This document shows, in pieces, positions 1-13,691 of a stretch of DNA of 64,000 bases; position 1 is the stretch's first letter, and each line of letters begins with the position of its first letter. The DNA is from the human T2T-CHM13v2.0 reference genome, Homo sapiens. Made by a program: the position numbers and the translations under genes. The stretch lies in NCBI RefSeq assembly GCF_009914755.1, contig NC_060947.1, one strand, 5' to 3'. Below the pieces are notes generated by a model, which had not been told where the DNA came from, did not search any database, and saw only the letters and a program-made list of their open reading frames with translations.

Positions 1-119
1 TCAAGGGAAGGAAACACAGACTCCATTTCTTGATAAGGGTGTGTCAAGGTGCATTGTAAGAAGAGAATGTACAAATCGGAAATATTGTAATGGCCATTAT
101 TGGAAAATGCAGTTTGCCA
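1..119 (-). mobile_element. Old MaLR LTR fragment (MLT1K/L-like)
   Basis: agactccatttcttgat...cattgtaagaagag...gccattattggaaaat...tgcca resembles the MLT1 terminal segment; a similar segment lies at 45550-45784. Confidence 0.55.
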
Positions 120-3100
120 AAATATACAACTTTTAAAAATTACACAAATAATATATTTTCTTTGTAGAAAATTTAAAAATACATACAGGTAATAGTTACT
201 TTTTAACTTTAAACAGAGATTTTAACCTGCCAAGAAAGGCAGAAACACAATTAGCTTTCAGCTGCTTCATACCTATATGGAAACCATATTTTCTAATCCT
301 GGTGTTAAGATTCATTGGTGTTTGTGTGCTTCCAGACACAAAAACATAACTTGAGAAATAGTTTCACATATTAAGAAATTTGGACATTTTGATAGTTAAT
401 AGAAGGTCAACAAGACAAAATATATAAAGCCAGAACTGTCTCCAAAAATTCACTTTGTTCTTATCCTACTTCCAGAATGCTGTAGAGGACTATTCCTTTC
501 TGAAACTTTGCTTAATTCAGAGCTTTATTCTACTTTGCCTTTCTTACCTTTGATGTATTTACTTTCCTGATTCACTTATAAGAACATTTTCAGAGTTTCT
601 TTTATGCCTTTTCAAAGTGTTCCACATGTATTACCCCTATTTGATCCTCTGCAATGCTGTCAATCATTTGCAATGCCAAATAGAACAATTAAATAACAAC
701 TCTGTGTTGTCTTTTAAAACATGCATTTGTACAGTAGAGCCTGAGAAAATAGAATATGGCAAATCAATGTAATGACAAATTACAAGGACATTAAAATGGT
801 ATCTAGGAATAGGTATTAGAAAAGGCACCTAATATATTAATTAAAGAAAATATTGTACCAATCTGTATGTATACATTAATATAATGTAATGCCTGTTATT
901 TCATTTACATACATGTATAGAAAAATGGCAAGAGGAAAGGAAGGTTATAGGTAATTTCATTTGCTTTTTTATGCTAGCCTGTATTTTCCACATTTTCCAT
1001 TGTGAATGTACGTTAGAGTTTTAACTCAAAAATAAAAGTTTATACATTTTAAAGCCAAGTTCAGAAGAAAATTATAGGAGAAACTCTCAGCTGTATACAG
1101 TACCCATGATGAGGCTTTTATACATTCTTAATTTTCCTAATTGTCATTATACTTGATGTACATCCAACTGGTTAACCAATCCTTAAGAACAAAAGATCAG
1201 ATCATCCATTTCACACCTTATTAGGGATAAATTTCAATTGACATGATTATACCACCTGGATGGACATCATTGAGATATAATGATGCTCACACACTTTTGA
1301 GTTCATAGAGTTTTCCAGTTAATCAGAAATATCATTGGCAGCATATTCTAATTGCCTTGTTGGATTCTAACAATTGTCAGATATGTGGTAGGACTCAGAA
1401 ATACTTGCTTGATTATACACTAAGGTATTGCTATATAGAGTTCACTGTGTAAGGCAGGGCTGTGATCAAGTCCTTATTTACCCCAGGAGAAATGAAGATT
1501 AGGTTGAGATTGGATCCATCCCCTCTAGTGAATCCATCTCCTCTGCTAGATCCAATGGTCATTGCTCATTTTACAACTTACAAGTCATGTCTAGTTAGTC
1601 AGAATCAGAGACAAGTTTCAAACTCAAGTCTGGCTTGTTCCACTCCGCTATTTCAGCAATATTGTGTAATAATTTCCAATGAACTAGTCTAATTATGAGT
1701 TCTGACATGCTGCTTTTCTTAGGTTAATATTCATTAGTGCTGGGGAGAGGAGGAAATTTTATATTTTGCCCTACAGGGCAAGCAGCAAGAATCATATTAC
1801 ATGATGCTATTTAAAGCTTCATTGATATTCCAAAAGTTATGGGACTTTTGGAGAATATACGTAGAATCTCTTCAATTTATTTAGGGGCCTTTGGAAACCT
1901 AAAAGAATATACGACTCAAAAATCTTCACTTCTACTCCCAAGTGATTGTTTTTATACTTTCAGATCCTACACAAATATCTACTTGCTAAAGCATAATAGT
2001 AGAAATGTATTACCATTCCAAACCACTAAGTTGTAAATGTAAACTTCATTCTGCAATTGCTATATATTTGTAAATGTAAAAGAGCAGACTGCAGTTCTTT
2101 TTGAGAAGTCTTAAACTGTTAAATTCATATTCCCATTTCATATGACTCACTTGGTGAAAGCAGCAATATCACATGCCAATATGAATAGAAAAATGGATCA
2201 AATATAAGAATGGAGGCGATGGAAGCAACATTTTAGGCTTTATCAATATACTAAAGCTTACAATTAGATTTTACCTAAAAATAAGTTTTGGAAGGATGGT
2301 TAGATGTTGTGAATATGTGGTTGATTGAGGCAGCAGAAAGTGGGATGAGTACATGAATTAGAGTGATGAATCAGCTATTTGGGCTGTGACTCAAAGTGTG
2401 GCACATCTACTGCCATGTGTAGGTAAAAAAACAGCCCTTGTATTTCACTCTTGTCTTAAACAGGACTTATTTAATATGTCCATCAGTATTTTACACAGGA
2501 AACATTTATATATTTTAATCAAATAGACACAAATAATTATACATTGAAAAGAATCCTCAACAAAATACCAGCAAACCAAATCCAACAGCACATCAAAAAG
2601 GTAATACATCAAGATGAAGTGGGTATTATACCAGGAATGCAAGGATAGTTCAACATATGCAAATCAATAAATGTGATACATGATATAAACAGAATTAAAA
2701 ACAAATACCATATGGTAATGTCAATACATGCATAAAAAGCATTTAATAAAATTCAGCAACCCTTCATGATAAAGACCCTCCTAGAAGGAACGTAACTCAA
2801 CATAATAAAGGCCTTATATAAGAAACTCACAGCCAACTTCATACTGAATGGGGAACAGTTGAAAGCATTCCCTCTAAGAACTGGAAAAAGACAATATGCC
2901 CACTTTCACCACTCTTATTCAGCATAGCACTGGAAATCCTAGCCAGAGCAATCAGGCAAGAGAAAGAAAGAAAAGGCATCCAAACTGGAAAAGATAAAGT
3001 CAAATTATCCCTGTTTACTGATTAAATGACCTTATATCTAGAAAACTCTAAAGATGCCACCAAAAAACTCTTAGATTTGATAAATGCATTCAGTAAAGTT

Positions 3101-3140
3101 TTAGGATACAACATAAATGTACAAAAATTAGTAGCATTTT

Positions 3141-3882
3141 ATGCAAATTTGAACCACAGTGAGATACCACCTTACCTCAGTAGAATGGCCATTCTTTAAA
3201 AATTCAAAAAACAATAGATGTTGCTGCAGATGTGATGAAAAGAGAACACTTATACACTGTTGGTGGGAACATAAATTAGTGCAACCTCTATGGAAAACAG
3301 TATGGAGATTTCTCAAAGAACTAAAAGTAGATCTACTATTAAATCCAGCACTCCCGCTACTGGGTATCTACCCAAAGGAAAATAAATCATTATATAAAAA
3401 GACACCTGCATTTTTATGTTTATCACAGCACAATTCACAATTGCAAAGTTCTGGAATCAAGCTAAATGCCCATCAATTGATGAGTGGATAAAGAGAATGT
3501 GATGTATACACACACACACACACACCATGGAATATTATTCAGCCATAAAAAGGAACAAAATAATGTATTTTATAGCAACATGGATGGAATTGGAGGCCAT
3601 TATCTTAAGTGAAGTAACTCAGGAATGGAAAACCAAATACTGCATGTTCTCTAAGTGGGAGCTAAGTTATGGGTATGCAAGTGTATATAGAGTAGTATAA
3701 TGGATATTGGAAACTCAGAAGGGGAAAGATTGGGAGGGGAGTAAGGGTTAAAGAACTACTTATTGGGTACAATGTTCACTATTTGGGTGTCAAGCACACT
3801 AAAAGCACAGACTTCACCACTTCACAATTCATCCATGTAACCAAAAATGATTTGTACTCCTAAAATTACTGAAGTAAAAAAA
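3141..3882 (+). mobile_element. L1 3'-end fragment, probably nested in the 2551-6080 L1
   Basis: Abrupt jump from RT to the ORF2 C-terminus ([23 protein letters not shown]), 3' UTR and A tail; host ORF2 resumes at 3907. Confidence 0.8.
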
Positions 3883-4988
3883 TTCACAATGTTCCAAAAA
3901 CTCCCTAAAATCACTAGCATGTCTATACAGCAATAACGATCTAGCTGAGAATTAAATAAAGAAGGCAATCTCATTTAAAATAGCTAACCCCCAAAATACC
4001 TAGGAAGAATATATTTAATCAAGGTGGGGAAAGATCTCTACAAGGACAACTACAAAACACTGATAAGAGAAATTGTGGATGACATCAACAAATGGAAAAG
4101 CATCTCATGCTCTTGGATCAGAACTATTAACATCATTAAAATGACCATACTGCAAGCTGCAAACCAGTCTACAGACTCAATGCAATCCTTATCAAAATAC
4201 CAATGTTATTTTTCACAAAATTAGAATTAGAAAAAATAATCCTAACATTCATATGAAATATAAAAAACTTAAATAGCCAAAGGAATCCCAAGCTGAAAGA
4301 ACAAAGCTGGAGACATCACAATACCTGACTCCAACTTATACTACAATCTTAGTAACCAAAGCAGCATGATGCTGTTATAAAAATAGACACATAGATCAAT
4401 GGAACAAAATAGAGAAGCCAGAAATAAAAGCACATATCTACAGCCAACTGATCTTTGGCAAAGTCAACAAGAGCATACACTGGAGAAAGGACCCCCTTTT
4501 CAATAAATGGTGCTGGGAAAATTGGGTTGCCATATGCAAAAGAATGAAACTAGACCCCTGTCTCTCACCATATGCAAAAATCAACTCAAGATGGACTAAA
4601 TACTTAAGTATAAGACTTGAAACTATAAAAATACTAAAAGAAAACCTAGGAAAAACTCTTCTAAACATTGGTCTAGGCAAAGAATTTATGACTAAGATCT
4701 CAAAAGCACAGACAACAGAAACAAAAAAAATAGACAAATGGGACTTAATTAAACTAAAAAGCATCCGTACAGGAAAAAACTCATCAACAGAGTGAACAGA
4801 CAACCTGCAGAATTGGAGAAAATTGCACTAGATATCTGACAGGGGACTAATATCCAGAATTTACAAGGAACTCAAATAACTTAGCAACAACAAAAATGAA
4901 ACAAATAACCCCATTAAAAATGGGCAAAGAACATGAGTAGATATTTTTCAAAAGAAAACATACAAATAAATGGCCAACAAGCATATGA

Positions 4989-5556
<568 letters not shown>

Positions 5557-5671
5557 TAATTACATCAAAAAGATACCTGCACTTGTATGTTTATCATAGC
5601 ACTATGCACAATAGCAAAGATATGGAATCAACCTAAATGTTCATCAATGTATAATTGGATAAATAAAATGT

Positions 5672-5674
<3 letters not shown>

Positions 5675-5722
<48 letters not shown>
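5675..5722. repeat. (TA)n microsatellite
   Basis: About 24 perfect TA units inside the L1. Confidence 0.97.
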
Positions 5723-5725
<3 letters not shown>

Positions 5726-6113
5726 CAAGAAAATACTATTCAGCCATAAGAAAATGAAATCATGTCTTTTGCAGCAACACGGATGGAACTGGAGGCCATT
5801 ATCTTAAGTGAAACAACTCAGATACAGAAAGACAACTATTGCATGTTCTCATGTATAAGAGGGAATGAAATAATATGTACACATGGACACAGTATGGAAT
5901 GATAGACAATACTCAGAAGAGTGGGAATGGGGCAGGGGGTGGATGATAAGTTACTTAATGAGTACAATATACATTATTCTGGTGATAAATACACTAAAAA
6001 CCCTGACTTCAACACTATGCAATACATCCAAGTAACAAAATTACACTTATATCTCATAAATTTATAAAGACAAAATAAAATGTAAAGAGAAACAAAAACA
6101 AAGATCATTTTCT

Positions 6114-6261
6114 TTTTTTTATTATTATACGTTAAGTTTTAGGGCACATGTGCACAATGTGCAGGTTTGTTACATATGTATACATGTGCCATAATGGTGT
6201 GCTGCACCCATTAACTCGTCATTTAACATTAGATATATCTCCTAATGCTATCCCTGACCCC
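6114..6261 (-). mobile_element. Very short 5'-truncated L1PA 3' end
   Basis: ttattatac..taagttttaggg..catgtgcacaatgtgcaggtttgttacatatg; TSD tcattttct at 6105-6113 and 6262-6270. Confidence 0.93.
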
Positions 6262-6374
6262 TCATTTTCTGAGGATTTGTGGGAGACATTCAGTCAACAG
6301 ATTGATAGAATTGACAGAGAGATCACCTCTTGAATTTTTTCTACTTATCTGGCAACTTTTCAATCTCTTTTACA

Positions 6375-6900
6375 AGTGCTTCCTTCTTTTCCCTCTCCTT
6401 TAGGTTTTCCAGTTCCCAGGAATTCACACTCAATCATCTTCTCCTTTCACTAGGGATAATCTTTGGGGAAGGTCTTACCTTCACCCATGACTTCCACCAA
6501 TACTAATGGCTCCCTTGTCTGTTTCACAAGCCTAGATATTTCTCTTCTGTTTCAGACCCATAAATCCAACAGCCTCTAGACATCTCACTGAGACTCATCT
6601 AAAACTGTGTCATCATTTACCAGTCAAACTTGCCATAATTTTGGCCTCAGGCCTTCCTTTGTTTCCTGACCTAATTATAGGGGAAAAATCCTCTAAACTC
6701 ATTCCACTTCCAGTCTTGCCAACTTTCAAGCATTTAATTCACCTTTTGGAAGGAGAGGTCATTTCTTTGTTTAAAATTCATCAGTGTCTCCCTATTACCT
6801 GCAAGATAGGTATTTTAATCCTGCTAGATATCCAGTCTTCTCTCCTATTTCTTACTTACTTCAACCCCTTAATGAACTACTTGCAGTTACTTGGACATGG
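6375..6900 (+). mobile_element. Degenerate L2 fragments
   Basis: cccatgacttcc...agcctagatatttctct...cagacccataaatccaacagcctctagacatctc resembles L2. Confidence 0.55.
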
Positions 6901-7671
6901 GTTTGGTTGACTCTTAAGATTACAGGAAACAGAGACTTATTCTAGCCATCTAAGGTAGTCAGAAGTTGTAAAAACTTTATAAAATAATGTAGAAAAAAAG
7001 AATCTCACACAAAACCAGAAGTAGCTGCCATTCAGTGCCTAAGCCATCAAACCCTTTGGTCAACCCTTATGCAGTAAGATTCTATGGGCTTTGCAGTAGT
7101 ATTCCACCACTATTCTTTTACTCCCTTATTTTCTTTTTATACCTTGTATTTATCTGTCCACTATCAATTGTCTGATACTTTCCAAGATACCTGCCCATTA
7201 TTTCTGCTCAGATGCCAAAGGTAGAGCCTATGATTGACCTAGTTAACTGTCATTGCTCTTCTAGGCATAGTTTTTGGCCACAAATCTTCTCATATATTAC
7301 CAGCCAGTCCATCAGAACTGATGGCCCCTGTGCCAAGTGCCAATTTCCAGTCCATTAAGTGGTTACTTTTGCCAAGATGACTTCTCTCAGCATGGAGGTT
7401 TAAAGAGCGTGAATACCCACAAAAAGAGATAATGGAATGGTCAGGAATCATAACTAGCATGTATATTAGGTAAGCCATTCACAGATTGTAAATTGAGGTA
7501 GGAAAAAACATAATTTTTATTTCTCTATAACTGAACTAAATTGCTATATGGAACCCTTACCCTACCAACAGCAAAAGTTAGGTTTGGTTTATTTAAGGCA
7601 AGTCACTAAGTTCAGAATTTTTTCAGTCAAATGAGAGTTCTTCCCTTTCTTCCTTTCCACACATCTTAAAT

Positions 7672-8164
7672 TGGGTTACCCTAAAAGCAGCACCTGAGAT
7701 GAGGAGTTGGGTTCTGGTAGTTTATTTGCAATATAATCTTTGGAAACAGGATTGAGAGAACAAAAACAGAGACATGGAAGAAGGAAAAGACAGTAGAGTC
7801 TGTTACTGAGTGGTGGCCAAGTGGGGCTGTACCCCACTAGGGCCTCTTGAGAACTGGATAGAGTGCAATTCATAATTATCTCTGAAAAACAGGATGTTGG
7901 AGCAGTTGTCCTTCAACTTCTACTCATCGGTTGAGAATTTCTCCTGGGGGCACTAACTGCCCTGTACTTCTAGACTATCCTGTAGGCAAGTTGAGCAAGC
8001 TCTCATACCTTCAGAAAAATCCTAAGATAGTAAAGTGTAAAATTTGAGTGCATGCTTGGGATAATTTGTCAATAGGATGCACAAGAACTGTCCACCATAG
8101 CTGCAGCTAATATTTGAGAGTGGTCAAAATGGATGTGGTATGGACACCAGAATTTTCTACTACA
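7672..8164 (-). mobile_element. Old ERVL solo LTR (LTR16-like)
   Basis: aagcagcacctgagatgaggagttggg...gtagtttattt motif typical of the LTR16 family end. Confidence 0.55.
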
Positions 8165-8857
8165 CTCCAGGAGAAAAGCCATGATGTACTGTGTCGATAG
8201 GAAAGTAGTATCTGGTATTCAGGTGTCATAATCTATCTAAACTGGCATCGATTGAGACATTTAAGGCTCCACTTATCTACTGTTTTTATTTCTTAGCTCT
8301 GCTAGATGATCCTAAGTTATCCACATTTCCCCCTGGTCCCCAATTTTCAAGTACATGAAGGACAATCTGTGCCCTCCTTCCCACGATCACAGGACCCCAC
8401 AAGTCATCTACTTTCTCTCAGCTCCCTCTGCACTCCTTTCAGAGGGAGGCTCTAAATGGAAGCTTGAGGACCTATCCTTAAAGGTGAGGGCTTGTGGACT
8501 CATTCCCAGAGACACACATCAAGTTCCAACTCCAGTATTTGCATCTCCTCACCCTCCTCTCCTTCATGCTAGCCTGTGAGAATGCTACTTAATTTAAGAA
8601 GGTGGGAAAACCTGACCTGACTGATTTCATGTGCTTCTATGTCTTTTATTTAAGCCATAAAAATTGTGTCCTGAATTCTTTAGGGAACTGACTCTTGATA
8701 CTATTCTTACAACTCAATTTTTTTTCTTTAAACTATTCCAAGGGTTTAGGCTGTATTGAGCCTGAAAAGCTGAGCATTGAGTCCTTTATTTACTTCTTTG
8801 TATTTCTTTAAAAGCAACTGTTCCCTGAGAGCAATAAGTATAGAATATTCTCTCATT

Positions 8858-9240
8858 TTGGGTTTCTAGAAACAGACCATGAGATAAGGGTTTGTATGAA
8901 AGTGATTTATTAGGACATGTTTTTCCCCAAAAACCTATAGAGAAGTAAGGAGATAGAATAGAGAAGGAAAGAAAGTCAAAGAGAGATGTAATATCAAACT
9001 AAGTCCTGCAGAGGATAACTTTGGCTCTATCCGTGGATATAACCCTGTAGACAATGGAGGTCACTCTTTTGAGTTTTTCCCCTGAAGGGGCAAGGGAGTT
9101 TGAATACCTATCCTCTCATCTCATCAGTAATTGGTTAACAGCTGCCCATGAGGAGGGTAGAGAAGAAAAGAAGGGGAGTGGGAATTGTGGCACAAATTCC
9201 AAGGCATATCTGCAAATTCCATTCTAATAGCATCTGTTAG
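8858..9240 (-). mobile_element. Old ERVL-type LTR remnant
   Basis: agaaacagaccatgagataagggttt...gtgatttattagg resembles the LTR16/LTR33 group. Confidence 0.4.
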
Positions 9241-9248
9241 AAACACCC

Positions 9249-11086
9249 TGCTATGGTTGGAATGTGTCTCTCAAAATTCACACATTTGAAAACTTAATCC
9301 CCAATGCAACAGTTTTAGGAGGTGGGGCCTAATGAATGGTGACTGGGTCATGAGGGTTCTGCTGTCACTAATGGATTAACGTAGTTATAACAACAGTAGG
9401 TCAGTTATTGTTAGAGTGAGTTATTATGAAAATGAGCCCAGCCCCTTGTGCTTTATCTTTCACATGTACACACTTGTCCTTCCACCTTTGCAATGGAATA
9501 ATGAAGCCCAAAGTCCCTCCCCAGATGCTAATGCCAGCTCTTGTACTTCCCAGCCTCCAGAAATGTAAGAAATACACTTATTTTTAATAAACTATCCAGT
9601 TTGTGGTATCCTGTAATAGCAACACAAAATGGACTAAGACTGATAATTGGTACTAAGAAGTAAGTGTACTGTTATGATAAATACTTGAAAATGTGGAAGA
9701 GGCTTTGAAACTGGGTAATAGATAGATGCTGGAAGAATTTGGAGGAGCAGGCTAGAAAAAGCCTGTATGTCATAAAAGAAACATTAAGGGCAATTCTGAT
9801 GAGGGCTCAGAAGAAGACTCCAGAAATAAGGTAAGTCTAAATCCTCTTACGGGTTATTTAAGTGATTGTGACCAGAATGCTGGTAGAAATATGGACAGTA
9901 AAGGCCATTCTGATGAGATCTTAGATGTAAATGAGAAACAAGGTATTGGAAACCGGAGGAAAGGCCATCTTTGTTATACAGTTGCAAAGAACTTGGCTGC
10001 ATTGTGTCCATGCTCTAGGGATTTATGGAAGCCAGAATGTAAGGGCAATGAAATAGGATATTGAGCATAAGACATATCTAAGCAGCAAAGCATTAAAGCT
10101 GCTGCATGTCTGCTTTTGGCCACTTATATTTAGATGCAAGAGGAAGGGGATAATTTTAAAGACATAATTGATAATTAATGGAGAAGCGGAGTGGAAAGAT
10201 TTGGAAAATTCACAGCCTGGCCACGTAAAGAGTGAAAAAGTATGTTTACGTGAGGATACTAACGGCATGGCCAAGTGACCTTTTGCTAAAGAGATTACTA
10301 TGGATGGAAGGAAGCCATGTGCATCAAGACAATGTAAGGAACACCCTGTGTTACTCCATTTTGCTTTGCTACAAAGAAATTATTGACGCTGTGTCATTTA
10401 TAAAGAAAAAAGATTTATTTTGGTTCATGGTTCTGCAGGCTGCACAAAAAGTACAATGCTGGCTAATACTGGCTTCTGCTTTTGGTGAGGGCCCCAGGAA
10501 GCTTACAATCAGGGCAGAAGTTGAAAGGTGAGCAGGCATGTCACATGGTGAGAGAGGGAGCAAGACAGAGGGGAGGAAGGGCCAGGTTATTTTTAACAAT
10601 CATATCTTGTGATAACTTAGAGTGAGAACTCACTCATTACTGCAAGGACAGCACCAAGCCATTCATGAATGATCCACTCCCATGACTGTAACACCTCCCA
10701 TAAAGCCCCACCTCCTGGGGCTTCCAGTGTTGGAGGTGGGGCCTTATGGGAGGTGTTTCAACACATTTCAACATGATATTTGGAAGATACAAATATCCAA
10801 ACTATATCATACCTTGAAGGCATTTCAGAGATCTTTTAGAATGCCCCTCTCATTACAGACTCAGAGCTTTAGGAGAGCAGAATGGATTGTTTTGAGACAC
10901 AGGCCTGGGGTGCCCTCCATGGGCTCATAGCCCAGAGTTGCCTCAGGTTTCTGCTCCCTGCGTTCCAGCACAGTATTCCTTATCTTCCCCAGCTAACGTG
11001 GATTCAGGTGCCATGCTGTCTGCTACTCCTGGAGGTACAGGCCATAGATCTTGGCAATGTCCATGTGGTGTTAAGTCTGCAGGCAA
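9249..11086 (+). mobile_element. MaLR provirus remnant: MSTC/D-like 5' LTR (9249-9641) plus internal region; no 3' LTR
   Basis: tgctatggttggaatgtgtc...ggactaagac LTR followed by aattggtac..gaaaatgtggaag..tttgaaactgggtaat internal sequence; cut off by L1 at about 11087. Confidence 0.85.
10347..10809 (-). mobile_element. MSTA/B-like solo LTR nested antisense in MST-int
   Basis: tgtgttactccatt...atccaaactatatca; host internal sequence resumes at 10810. Confidence 0.88.
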
Positions 11087-13177
11087 GCAGCCTAAGAGAA
11101 AAGTGTATACCAGTAAACACCTACATCAGAAAGGAAGAAAGATCTCAAATAAACAACCCAATGTTATACCCCAACGAACCTGGAAAAGAAGAACAAACTA
11201 ATCCCAAAGTTAATAGAAGGAAGGAAATAATAAATACCAGAGCAAAAACAGATAAAATAGAGATTACAAAAGCAATACAAAGGATCAACAAAGCTAAGAG
11301 TTGGTTTTATGGATGGATAAACAAAATTGACAAAACTTTAGCTAGACCAACTAAGAAATAAGAGAAGGCTAAAAAAAATCAGAAATGAAAGAGGAGATAT
11401 TACAACTAATGCCACAGAACAACAAAGGACAGTAAAAGACTAGTATACACCAACAAATTGAATAAGCTAGAAGAAATTGATAAATTCCTAGACAAATGCA
11501 ATCTACCAAAATTGAACCATGAAGAAATAGAAAATCTGAACAGATCATTAATGAGTAACAAGTTGAATCAGTAACCAAAAGACTATCAAAGAAAAGCACA
11601 GTACCTGATGTCTTCACTGCTGAATTTTCCTAAACATAACCAACCCTAATTCAAGAATTAATATAAGAAGAGCAAACATAACCATTAATTGAAGAAATAA
11701 TACTAATCCTTCTCAAACTCTTCCAAAACATTGAAGAAGAGGGAATATTTCCAAACTCAGTTTATGGGGCCAGCACTACCCTGATACCAAAGCCAGATAA
11801 GGATACTACAAGAAAAGAAAGTTACATGCCAATTTCTCTGATGACAATAGATGCAAAAATCCTCAACAAAATACTAGCAAACCAAATTAAACAGTACATT
11901 AAAAGGATCATTCACAATGGTCAAGTGAAATTTAACCCATGGATGTAAGGATGGTTCAACACACACGAATCTATAAATATGATACACCACATTAACAGAA
12001 TAAAGGACAAAGCCCATGATTATTTTAATAGGGGCAGAAAAAACATTTGACAAAATTCAACATTCTCTTATAATAACAGCTCTCAACAAATTAGGTATGG
12101 AAGGAATGAACCTCAACACAATAAAGGCCATACATAACAAATCCAAAGTTAACATCATATTTAATGACGAAAACTTGAAGTTTTTCCTCTGATATCAGGA
12201 AGCAGTACAATGATGCACACTCTCACTACTTCTATTCAACATAATACTGGAAGCCCTAACTAGAACAATTAGAGAAGTGAAAGATTATAAAAAGGCATTC
12301 AAATTGGAAAGAAAGAAGTTAAATTGTCCCTGTTCACAACAACATGACTATATAAATAGAAAATGCTAAAGACTCTACAAAAAAAACAGTTAGAATAAGT
12401 GAATTCATTAAAGATGGAATGTATGATTTTGTGGGATATGAAATCATAATGTATAATTTTTTAGGATACAAAATTAACATACAAAAATTAGTGGTATTTT
12501 TATTAACCAACAACAAACTATCCATTAAAAATTGAGAAAACAAGCCCATTTAAAGTAGCTAAAAATAAAATAAAATACTTAGTATTAAATTTAACAAAGG
12601 AGGTAACAAAAAACTTGTACACTGAAAGCTATAAAATATTGATAAAATAAATCGAAGAAGATACAAATAAATGGAAAGACATTTGTATTAATGGGTTGGA
12701 AAAATTAACATTGTTAAAATGCCCATATCACCGAAAGCTATGTACAGATTAAAATGCAATCCCTATCAATTCCAATGGCATTTTTCACAGAAATAGAAAA
12801 AACAAATCCATCCTAAAATTTGTGTGCAGCCACAAAAGACCTCAAATAGCAATCTTGATAAAAATTAACAAAGCTGGAGGCATCATAATACCAGATGTCA
12901 AAACATGCTGCAAATCTATATTAATCAAAACAGCATGGTACTAATATAAACACACACACACACATAGATAAACAGAATAGAATAGAAATCCAAGAAATAA
13001 TTCCATACATTTAAGGTCAATTGATTTTTTACGAAGGTGCCAAGAACACACAGTGGGGAAATAACAGTCTCTTCAATAAAGAGGGTACTGGAAAAACTGC
13101 ATTTCCACGTTTAGAAGAATGAAATTAGACCATTATCTTACACTGTATACAAAAATCCACTGAAAATGGATTCAAGA

Positions 13178-13406
13178 TTTGTTTTTTAATTTTATTTATT
13201 TATTAATATTTTTTAAGACACTCTGTCACTAAGGCTGGAGTGTTGTAGGGCAATCATAGCTCACTATAGTCTTAAACTCCTGGACTCTAAGTGATTATTT
13301 CACCTCAGCCTCTTAAGTAGCTGGGACTACAGGTGCATGCCACCACACTGGCTAATTTTTTTTTATTATATTGTAGAGATAGGGTCTCACTATGTTACCC
13401 AGGTTG
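13178..13406 (-). mobile_element. Partial old Alu (AluJ-like)
   Basis: aggctggagtg..gcaatcatagctcact..agtagctgggactacagg..tgtagagatagggtctcactatgtt. Confidence 0.85.
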
Positions 13407-13691
13407 TTCAGATTAAATATTTAAACATCAAAACAGAAACTGTTAAATTACTAGTAGAAAACATAGGGGAAAGCTTCATGTCATTGGTCTGGGTAATAAT
13501 TTTTTTTTGAATATGACCCCAAAAGCACAGGCAACAAAAGTGAAAGTAGACAAATGGGATCATGTCAAATTAAAATGTTTCTGGACAGCAAAAGAAACAA
13601 TCAACAAAGTGAAGTGACAACTTACAGGCTGAGAAAAGTATTGCAAATCATGCATCTGGTAAGGCTTAATATCCCAAATATATAAGGAACT

